A stretch of DNA of 64,000 nt from an uncultured Methanomassiliicoccus sp. (GTDB lineage: Archaea > Thermoplasmatota > Thermoplasmata > Methanomassiliicoccales > UBA472): NCBI GenBank assembly GCA_964585915.1, contig CAZPFU010000001.1, forward strand, positions 31,420-95,419. Direction: 5' to 3'. Shown here in pieces: positions 56,135 to 63,995 of this stretch (position 1 is the first letter of the stretch; each line of letters opens with the position of its first letter). Under the pieces are notes generated by a model. The model did no database searches and was not told where the DNA came from. It saw only the letters and a program-made list of their open reading frames with translations. Position numbers and translations under genes: made by a program.

Positions 56135-56454
56135 GTGATTGGTTCCAAGTGTGTTATCCTTAGGACACTTGCTCCATTTACATTATCTCTGTCTAACAAT
56201 ATACTAAAAATCTTCCTATCGCGTCTAGAGCAGACTTGCATTGTTGTTTTTCGGAAAGGTTTTCCTCCTGTTTTACCCTTCTTTTTTTTAGGACATTCTA
56301 TTGTATCTTTCAACATTCCGCAAACGGTTTCCGGGGACATTCTGAACTTAAATAAGTGAGCGGTCCCGGAATCACTCATATAGACTGGGAGTACCACTTT
56401 TTGATATTCGTAATCGCAAAATGGGTCATTACGACCCGTTAAATCCCCCACCAT
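56131..56454 (-). CDS. Small hypothetical protein, first gene of the three-gene operon
   Basis: 107 aa with a basic stretch (CPKKKKGKTGGKPFRK). 4-nt overlap with the next gene. Confidence 0.4.
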   Translation of the reverse strand: MVGDLTGRNDPFCDYEYQKVVLPVYMSDSGTAHLFKFRMSPETVCGMLKDTIECPKKKKGKTGGKPFRKTTMQVCSRRDRKIFSILLDRDNVNGASVLRITHLEPIT

Positions 56455-56611
56455 AATGAATATTGAAATAAATTATTCCTAAATTAAACTATGCATCAAT
56501 ATAAAAAAAAGGACCATTACGAGCTTATTGATAATTCTGAGTCGCTTAGAAATATCACAGCGGTAGTCGCATTTTTTACTCTAAATGAAGATATCCTCCT
56601 AGGTAACAACT

Positions 56612-58165
56612 TCAGGACTCACCCGGCCCAGATATCTCTCGAACATGCTTCTCGACTAGCTCAGGAGCATCGATATCATTCCCTATCGAAGCATTTAGCT
56701 CCTTGAGTCTGCGGGTGGTCACAAGAATCCTTCGTTCGTATGAGCCAACGGCTTTGTTATACGAGTCGACTGCCTTTCCAAGACCCTTTCCGATGTCTGT
56801 AAGATTCTCGGATAGGGTACTAATGCGCTGATATATTTCCATAGCAAGCTCGTTGATGTGCTTGGCATTTTCTTCTATTGCCTCTTGAGTCCACCCCTGA
56901 GCGACCACCTTTAAAAGGGCAATGAGCGTGATGGGAGTCGCCAGGACAACCCCGTTTTTAAAACCATACTCTATTAATTCTGGGTCCCGCTCAAGTGCGG
57001 CGCTGAAGAAAACCTCACCAGGAATGAAAAGTACAACGAACTCGGGAGTTTCTTCGAGTTGCTGCCAATACGCCTTGGCTCCGAGTTGGCCAATGTGGCT
57101 ACGGATGGCGGAAGCGTGGTTATCCAGCTTCTTGAGCCTTTCCCCATCATCTTGCGCTTCCAATGCTTCCAGGTAAGCGCTCATGGGAGTTTTAGAGTCG
57201 ACCACGATGCTACGTTTCTCAGGCAAATTGATGATCATGTCGGGGCGAAGATTTCCGTCTTCAGTAGCATATGTCTCCTGCTCCGAAAAATCACAGTGGC
57301 AACTCATCCCAGAGAGCTCTACGACGCGGTGAAGTGTAATTTCGCCCCAACGCCCCCGGACAGTCGGATTCCTAAGTGCCTTGACTAGGTTTCCAGTCTC
57401 AAGCTGGAGCTTAGCCTGGGCACCGTTGAGAGAACTAATTTGCTCAGTCAGCTTCGAATAGGATTCTACCCTAGCAACCTCAATATTCCGCATCTCAGTG
57501 CTGACTTTCTCCAGCGATTCTTTTATAGGCTTTACCAATTCATCAATGGATTTCTGTCTGAGTTCGAGGTCCCCCTTAGCCTTCTCCTGAAACTTTTCCA
57601 GTATCTCATTAGCAAGCTGGAGGAACGCCTGATTATTGGTATTCAGCGCGTCTGCGGACAACGCCTTGAAGCTTTCGATTAACTTCTCTCGACTCTCACT
57701 AAGCAGAACGATCTTCTCCTCTGCCTTCTTCGCTTCCTCGTTGCTCCGGGCACTTAGCTCAGATAACTGGGATAACAACCCTGTATTCTTGTCCATAAGT
57801 TCTGAAATTCTAGTGTCCTTTTCAGCGATCGTCTTCTCAAGCTGGGGTAAGCGTGTGTTGCGTTCCTCTGCTGCCGATCTCTTGCCCCCCTCCTCGCTCA
57901 GTTGCGTCTGGAGGTGATTCCCCTCTTTTTTTAATTCCTCTAGTGCAGTGGATAAGTTATTGATCGATTGATCTCTTGCTTTCAGCCCTTCAACTAGCGT
58001 GGCCTTCTCTGCCGCTACCTCTGCTTGCGCCCTTTCTTCCATTCCTTCCCGCTTTGACTTTATTATGTAAAACACGAATGCTGCGCCTGTGATCAATCCT
58101 ATGATGAATAAAACGATTGCCAGAATGTCCTCCAATATCCCACCGGGAGGGTAATACGTTATCAC
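56612..58165 (-). CDS. rmuC: DNA recombination protein RmuC
   Basis: N-terminal TM segment, a long coiled coil, and a C-terminal nuclease-like core (RPDMIINLPEKRSIVVDSKTPMSAYLEALEA...FVVLFIPGEVFF...). GTG start. Confidence 0.75.
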   Translation of the reverse strand: MITYYPPGGILEDILAIVLFIIGLITGAAFVFYIIKSKREGMEERAQAEVAAEKATLVEGLKARDQSINNLSTALEELKKEGNHLQTQLSEEGGKRSAAEERNTRLPQLEKTIAEKDTRISELMDKNTGLLSQLSELSARSNEEAKKAEEKIVLLSESREKLIESFKALSADALNTNNQAFLQLANEILEKFQEKAKGDLELRQKSIDELVKPIKESLEKVSTEMRNIEVARVESYSKLTEQISSLNGAQAKLQLETGNLVKALRNPTVRGRWGEITLHRVVELSGMSCHCDFSEQETYATEDGNLRPDMIINLPEKRSIVVDSKTPMSAYLEALEAQDDGERLKKLDNHASAIRSHIGQLGAKAYWQQLEETPEFVVLFIPGEVFFSAALERDPELIEYGFKNGVVLATPITLIALLKVVAQGWTQEAIEENAKHINELAMEIYQRISTLSENLTDIGKGLGKAVDSYNKAVGSYERRILVTTRRLKELNASIGNDIDAPELVEKHVREISGPGES

Positions 58166-58219
58166 ATGATAAATAATTATGATTAAATGATATTATAGCT
58201 GTTTACGTAAGGGGATAAA

Positions 58220-59821
58220 TTGGGATTGCTAAATTCGTTAAAGAAGGCGTTAAACCCCCAGAGGAGGGAAGAGCGAAATAATGATGTACCCAGAATGGAA
58301 CCGAATCATGAGATAAACGGCAACAACACGGTCCCATATGGACCGTCTATGCACATTCCCATCCCAGGTAACTTAGAAGATAATTCATTAACGAATTCTC
58401 TTACTTCATACCGCACCGTGCACGGCATCCCCAAAGAAATCATCGATCTAATGTGGTTTAGAGATGGACCGATGAAGAATATTGATCGCGAGCCTCGATT
58501 TGTTCACAGGACCGATCTATTCACAATCGAGGTTTCCTTTCTTGGTTCTATTGAACCCAGCGCCATAGGGATCACTGATACAATCCATCCCCCGATGGAT
58601 GGAATGGTGGTCGAGAGACCTCCCTATTACCCGACATACGAAAGAATGACCCCGGAACAAAGATGGGTGTATCTCAGTTGGTTGATCGATGTGGACGAGG
58701 AAGTCAACATTGGATATGTCTTCGTTTTCTATTACGGCCTGGAGCGCCATCTTTTCCTCGGCCATTATGAAGCAGCGTTCGATATGATTCTGCGCCTCCG
58801 ACGTGTGCACCGTAATAGCTCTTTCCTCAGCTATTCATCGAACGCATTAATCGCGACGTGTATCATCCATAACCGGCCAGACCTGTTCGTTCGATTCCTG
58901 CAGAGTCTTGTGGAAGTCACTGATGAAGATGTGAACACCATGTACCTCTTGGCGAAACGCTCATTGGGACTGGAGCTAGAACCAAAGGAGATAATGTTAC
59001 TGGCTCGAGAAGTAGGGTTCACAAATAAACGGTATCTAGAAGGAGAAAGCGCACTTTTTGAGAACGAACTTAAGAGACGAATGGTGCAGGTACTGGGAAT
59101 AGAGACGATAGACCTGAGACCTTTGGCATTGAACGATACCCCGACCCACCCAGTGATGTTCTCAGCTAATTTTTCATTACCTGATAAACAACGTGTAGTC
59201 CATATCCCCGATCTGAGTCAGAATAAGGCGTTTCGTGCATTGGTGTATCAGCTCCTCTTGGACACCCATGATGTTGTTAAGGAAAGAGTGAAGGAATCGA
59301 GAAAGGCTGAAAAATCTAGTGATATACAAATGGACAATGAGTCTGAATTGCCGATTCCATGTCCGTACTGTAACAACCCAACCAAACCTCCCAAGACCAA
59401 GAGGGTTTGCCCATCATGCAAAAAGATCATTGTTGCTCGGACTGATCCCGATTCAAAAAAGAGGGTTTTCGTTACCGAAGAAGGAGCTGCAAGATTAGAT
59501 GCTAGAAAGAAGGACCTGCAAGTCATCAGGTTTGCTGTCAAGTGTATGTGGCCTTTTGGGATGACAGCTGAGCAGTTGGAAGGTATGACCGGGGAGATGC
59601 GGGATAAAGCTCCTTGCACCGTTAACGATGCAGTTTGGAAAATTGTCAATACGAGTATGCAGAAGTGTGAAGCAGAAGGTACGATACCGTCTCAATATTG
59701 TTATTTAGCAATGGCTAACTTTTTAGAGTTTGAAGGGAAGGATAAGAGCGAGATGATGGCGAAATATCAGGAAGAGGATAAGAAGGAGTTGGAGAAAAGG
59801 TATAGAAATTTTAACACATAG
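58220..59821 (+). CDS. TerB-N domain-containing protein with a C-terminal zinc ribbon
   Basis: YERMTPEQRWVYLSWLIDVDEEVNIGYVFVFYYGLERHLF matches the TerB_N signature. CPYCNN...CPSCKK follows later. TTG start preceded by AAGGGG. Confidence 0.6.
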   Translation: MGLLNSLKKALNPQRREERNNDVPRMEPNHEINGNNTVPYGPSMHIPIPGNLEDNSLTNSLTSYRTVHGIPKEIIDLMWFRDGPMKNIDREPRFVHRTDLFTIEVSFLGSIEPSAIGITDTIHPPMDGMVVERPPYYPTYERMTPEQRWVYLSWLIDVDEEVNIGYVFVFYYGLERHLFLGHYEAAFDMILRLRRVHRNSSFLSYSSNALIATCIIHNRPDLFVRFLQSLVEVTDEDVNTMYLLAKRSLGLELEPKEIMLLAREVGFTNKRYLEGESALFENELKRRMVQVLGIETIDLRPLALNDTPTHPVMFSANFSLPDKQRVVHIPDLSQNKAFRALVYQLLLDTHDVVKERVKESRKAEKSSDIQMDNESELPIPCPYCNNPTKPPKTKRVCPSCKKIIVARTDPDSKKRVFVTEEGAARLDARKKDLQVIRFAVKCMWPFGMTAEQLEGMTGEMRDKAPCTVNDAVWKIVNTSMQKCEAEGTIPSQYCYLAMANFLEFEGKDKSEMMAKYQEEDKKELEKRYRNFNT

Positions 59822-59886
59822 CTGATGAATAATAGGTGCTCGGGCGGAACTGATTAGTGAGTCATTTTGAGTGTCTTTCATTTACT

Positions 59887-59895
59887 GTGAATCAC
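59887..59895. promoter_or_regulatory. Palindrome GTGA-A-TCAC upstream of the nucleotidyltransferase gene
   Basis: One of several related inverted repeats in the 294-nt intergenic region. Confidence 0.25.
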
Positions 59896-59956
59896 TATCG
59901 TTTTTTAGCGTAAATCCATTCTATTGGTTCAGTAATCTCTCTGACTTGCATTTAGT

Positions 59957-59967
59957 GTGATTATCAC
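59957..59967. promoter_or_regulatory. Palindrome GTGAT-T-ATCAC, followed by a TTATAAATA box
   Basis: Perfect 5+5 inverted repeat 4 nt upstream of the TATA-like TTATAAATAT (59971-59980). Confidence 0.3.
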
Positions 59968-60115
59968 TCGTTATAAATATTAAAACACTGGCCTTTCATT
60001 TATTCAGTGATTTATGACTGAAGATGCACATATGAATTTTATATGGAAATGAGTGAGAAAACATCGCTAAGAGGTTTATATCAATATCAATATATGATGG
60101 AAATTGGTGGGGAGT

Positions 60116-60868
60116 ATGACAACTCAGCAATACCTGGAACAGGTGCTTGCCAAGTATAATCTCAGCAGCGCTCAGGAACAATCATTAAAGAATAAACGAA
60201 TGCGCGTTGAAGAATTTCTTCAGAAGAGATATCCGTCCAAGATCAGGAGCTTTTACTACTCGGGGTCCTATGCTAAGGACACTGCAATCAATCTGAAGTA
60301 CGATCTAGACCTCTGCATTTACTTCAAGCATAATGCCTTCCAGACCCTGGCTGAGATGTATAACTCGGTTTATGAGAACCTTAAGTGTATTGATCAAGTG
60401 AATAAACAGCGGGTCTCCATCCGCATGCCCTCGGGGAAGGAGTCCATAGACGTGGTCCCGGCAAGGTGTATTGACGATACTTCTGACTACGCCAATCTCT
60501 ATGTGACAACTGGCAGTCAGATCCAGACCAACATTAAGAAGCACAAGGAGTACATCAGTCAAAGTGGCTGTCGTCCGATAATTAAACTGATGAAAGTATG
60601 GAAAATTGAACACGGCATACATTACAAGTCGTTTGCCCTAGAGTTACTGACCATTCGAGCCTTGGATGGCTTTAAGGACCCTGATTATGGAGAGCGGTTC
60701 GTCCATGTTCTTAAGTTTATAAGGGACAATGTTGAAAATGTCCGCCTTATTGATCCGGCGAACCAAAGCAATAATGTGGCAGACCTCATCAGTGTCAATG
60801 ACAAGCTAAATATGAAGAATCAGGCAGCGGCCTCCCTGCAACAGACGTGGGAGCAAGTAATCTCATGA
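60116..60868 (+). CDS. SMODS/CD-NTase-like nucleotidyltransferase (Pol-beta fold with an OAS-like C-terminal helical domain)
   Basis: GSYAKDTAINLKYDLDL (G-S...D-x-D, 60263-60310), a third acidic residue in ESIDVVPA (60449-60451), and IIKLMKVWK...KSFALELLTIRAL. ATG at 60116 preceded by GGTGGGGAG. Confidence 0.6.
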   Translation: MTTQQYLEQVLAKYNLSSAQEQSLKNKRMRVEEFLQKRYPSKIRSFYYSGSYAKDTAINLKYDLDLCIYFKHNAFQTLAEMYNSVYENLKCIDQVNKQRVSIRMPSGKESIDVVPARCIDDTSDYANLYVTTGSQIQTNIKKHKEYISQSGCRPIIKLMKVWKIEHGIHYKSFALELLTIRALDGFKDPDYGERFVHVLKFIRDNVENVRLIDPANQSNNVADLISVNDKLNMKNQAAASLQQTWEQVIS

Positions 60869-61608
60869 GGTCAATGGCCCGCGAGCAAGACCCTCGGAAA
60901 CTTTTCGCAGGATTGCAGGAGGAGATGCGTTCCACACTTGCCGCGGGAAAAACGATAGATCATCCGGGAGCCAAGGGAAATGACTCGGAGATGAAATGGG
61001 TTGAATGGTTGCAGCAATATCTACCCAAGCGATACAGTGCCAGCAAAGCGTTCGTTCTCGACTCACAAGGGGGTTTGAGCCATGAGATCGACATAGTGAT
61101 TTACGATCGCCAATACTCACCCTTCTTATTCTTCCAGAAGGGGGCGTGCTATGTTCCTGCCGAGAGCGTGTACGCAGTTTTGGAGATCAAACAGGAGCTG
61201 AACCGGCGCCACATCAATTATGCGAAACAGAAGGTAAAGTCGGTAAGGTCGCTGCATCGGACCAGCGCCGATATCGTCCACGCGGGCGGCCGCCTTGACC
61301 CCAGGCCACCGATACCGATACTCTCTGGGATACTGACTTATGAGAGCGGGTGGGCCGATCCCATAGGGGTAGACCTAAAGAGATCGCTGAAGAGTCCGGA
61401 CGAGCTGGAACGCATAGATATGGGGTGTTCCATATGTAATGGGTCATTCGAGGCGGCCTATGATACTGCTGGTAATGCTACCTTAACTATTGCGGAGCGG
61501 GAGAGCGGGCTAATAATATTCTTCCTTAGAATGCTAGCAAGACTTCAAAAGGTAGGAACGGTCCCAGCAATGGACATAGACCAATACCTTAGGATGATCA
61601 AACCATAA
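60865..61608 (+). CDS. PD-(D/E)xK-type protein (DUF6602-like)
   Basis: HPGAKGNDSEMKWVEWLQQYLPKRY...SHEIDIVIYD...PAESVYAVLEIKQEL (D...E-x-K). The ATG overlaps the upstream TGA (ATGA). Confidence 0.55.
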   Translation: MRSMAREQDPRKLFAGLQEEMRSTLAAGKTIDHPGAKGNDSEMKWVEWLQQYLPKRYSASKAFVLDSQGGLSHEIDIVIYDRQYSPFLFFQKGACYVPAESVYAVLEIKQELNRRHINYAKQKVKSVRSLHRTSADIVHAGGRLDPRPPIPILSGILTYESGWADPIGVDLKRSLKSPDELERIDMGCSICNGSFEAAYDTAGNATLTIAERESGLIIFFLRMLARLQKVGTVPAMDIDQYLRMIKP

Positions 61609-61814
61609 TGAGGTTTCTGAGCCACATCCTTCAGAAAGTCGAGTGGGTGTTTATAACCTGCCGTGGAGGGAGAGATACCAATAAGATATCAAAAATCTGA
61701 ATTGATTGGCTTCAAATGCCACTTCACTGATTTTTTTTCTAAATCAATGAATTGAACTTGAGCTATTATAAAAATTGGGATATCATTAATATTTGGTCTG
61801 AATAATCAGGTTTA

Positions 61815-62183
61815 ATGCATTTGTCCCAAGTAACTGCCAATGCCTTCTTCAGTTCAATTTCGATAATTGAAGGCGTTTTTTTCGCATTCTTGGTTTCATT
61901 TATTATGTATAATATTCAAGAAATGAAAAGTTATAACGAATGTATAATAACAAAAATTGGTTTAAATTTACTACATTTTATTGTATTTGCCGCAATCCTA
62001 TATGCACAGATGATCCTCTTCTTATGGTCATTACTGGAAGTTGAATCATCCGGATTCGAATTCGATTACTCCACATCAATAATGTACGTATCCATTATTA
62101 TATCAATGGTCGTATTAATAATAGTAATGATTAGAGATTATAACAAGCATAGGAGGTGGAAAAATCGATACGGCTCAAGCTAA
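61815..62183 (+). CDS. Small multi-TM membrane protein
   Basis: 122 aa, very AT-rich, with 3-4 hydrophobic helices and a basic C-terminal tail. Confidence 0.4.
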   Translation: MHLSQVTANAFFSSISIIEGVFFAFLVSFIMYNIQEMKSYNECIITKIGLNLLHFIVFAAILYAQMILFLWSLLEVESSGFEFDYSTSIMYVSIIISMVVLIIVMIRDYNKHRRWKNRYGSS

Positions 62184-62208
62184 TGTCTTTTTTTCAACAC
62201 TCGCTCAA

Positions 62209-62595
62209 TTGTCTGGAACGCTCTCAATAATCTTTTTTACTATATGGACATACTTTTATGACAAAGAAAAATATGTTGTTGGATATAAATTAATTATTAC
62301 GAAAAGAATGAAAAAATGGTTATTGATGTTATTTTTCATTCAGCTTATTATCTGTGTCACTTCTTTGATTTCAATTCTCTTTCAGCAATCGATTGGTGAT
62401 TATTCGGAAATAATCGGAAAAATTCTACTATTCGCATCTTTTGCTGTAATCATATCTATTTTATTACTTGCAACATATAATTTGGATGAATCAAATTCAA
62501 TTGATTCACTAGCATCTGCTCAAAATAATTATGTTCTAAGCATGGTAGAATCTGTGGAGGGACAGCTTGAAGAGATACGGAAAAATATGAAATGA
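62209..62595 (+). CDS. Small multi-TM membrane protein with a C-terminal amphipathic tail
   Basis: 128 aa (TTG start; an internal ATG is possible) with 3 hydrophobic helices. Confidence 0.35.
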   Translation: MSGTLSIIFFTIWTYFYDKEKYVVGYKLIITKRMKKWLLMLFFIQLIICVTSLISILFQQSIGDYSEIIGKILLFASFAVIISILLLATYNLDESNSIDSLASAQNNYVLSMVESVEGQLEEIRKNMK

Positions 62596-62717
62596 TACCA
62601 ATTTTATCGAACATTTGGAATTCCATTAATATTCTCCGCGTAGAGAGCGTTTGAGATGCCATCAGACGTTCGATAAATGACTATGATAAGATAAATGATA
62701 AACGACAGAATCCCTTA

Positions 62718-63287
62718 ATGACAAATCGTGGGAGAATGAAGGATCATATCGATAATAATGGGTCGCAGCGGCCATTCGTCGAAGAAAGTCCCTCCATCGA
62801 ACAACTATCCGAATTAATTACTAAATACGGGAAACCTCGACCCCATCTGCGTACTTGGGACCTTTCGCATCTGGACGAGCCATTCTCCCCTCCTTCTTGC
62901 TCGGGGGAGGTCGTTCTGATCATTCGAACCGATGAGTCGAAGATAGTTTACGTTTCACGGCGCGGCCATCCGAAGGACTGGTTCTTACCTATGGGCAGGA
63001 TACAGGTAGGCGAATCGGTAGAAATAGCAGCAATTCGGGAGACGTATGAGGAGACTGGTCTATCGATAGATGTCCTAGGGATCCCATTGTTGTATAAGGT
63101 GGATATCAGGTTTAAGGATTGGACTCTTAGAAGATGGCATTTCATTGTTGCTGGAAAACCACATAGTAGTAGTCTTCAACCAATCGACAAAGAGGAGATA
63201 GAGAAAGCATTCTTCTTTCAGAACCGACCTCATAATAGCGATCCTTTCTTGAGGAGATGGTTGGTTGATATTCTTAACTGTGTATAA
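62718..63287 (+). CDS. Nudix hydrolase
   Basis: Nudix box GRIQVGESVEIAAIRETYEETGL (G-x5-E-x7-REUxEExGU). Confidence 0.75.
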   Translation: MTNRGRMKDHIDNNGSQRPFVEESPSIEQLSELITKYGKPRPHLRTWDLSHLDEPFSPPSCSGEVVLIIRTDESKIVYVSRRGHPKDWFLPMGRIQVGESVEIAAIRETYEETGLSIDVLGIPLLYKVDIRFKDWTLRRWHFIVAGKPHSSSLQPIDKEEIEKAFFFQNRPHNSDPFLRRWLVDILNCV

Positions 63288-63430
63288 AGAAAATAGACGT
63301 TAGACGATTTGAGGTTGGCCAAGTCCGGAGAGACCATATTCATCACGAGATGGAGAGAATTTCTAAAAAAAAGTAAGTAGAGTATAGTCGAGATGATGAA
63401 AAAATGATAAATATCAATTTATTTACCGAA

Positions 63431-63446
63431 TTCGCTCATATGAGTG
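63431..63446 (+). repeat. 16-nt repeat TTCGCTCATATGAGTG, copy 2
   Basis: Exact copy of 52544-52559. After 3 mismatches, AATG is also shared. Confidence 0.4.
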
Positions 63447-63530
63447 TTGAATGTTCTTTATTGAAATTGATCGTCATCTCACTCATTAATCGTGCTTCTC
63501 CCATTCTATGACAATAAAATTGACTAAAAC

Positions 63531-63995
63531 TTAGGCTTTCTGAACCTTAACAATACCAATCTCGTCCTTCAATTGCTCTTCAAGGATTAATATGATCATT
63601 GGCATCTCAATCCCCAGTTGTTTCTCGATGACGATGAAATTTAAAGTTGATTCATGAGCCTTCTTTGAACAAGCGAACAATTGGCCGACGATCTTCAGAT
63701 CTCTGCTTCGATTTTCCTCACAGAGGGATGGGACGTTTTTCCTCAGCAGTTCATCAATCACCAAACGCAGACCTTCCTCCTCTTTTGTAAGGTCTGCAAT
63801 AAGAATATCATCCATTTTTATAATTCCGAACGCGGCCTTATACCGCTCCTTAGACGACCTGAGGATATCATCATTGACCATTGCCAGAGATTGATATGGA
63901 TGTGGAACATAGTACTTGACGAACTCTAAAAAGTCATCCATGCAATTGAAAAAACCTTCACTTCGGTATTTCGCCAATTTCCGTGCCCTGGTCAT
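63531..63995 (-). CDS. Hypothetical protein
   Basis: 154-aa ORF in AT-rich island DNA. No family recognised. Confidence 0.4.
   Translation of the reverse strand: MTRARKLAKYRSEGFFNCMDDFLEFVKYYVPHPYQSLAMVNDDILRSSKERYKAAFGIIKMDDILIADLTKEEEGLRLVIDELLRKNVPSLCEENRSRDLKIVGQLFACSKKAHESTLNFIVIEKQLGIEMPMIILILEEQLKDEIGIVKVQKA

Noticed and set aside
62183-62230. ATG at 62183, overlapping the stop of the first TM gene, as the start of the second TM gene
   Set aside because: That frame terminates after about 15 codons and is not the frame of the 128-aa ORF.
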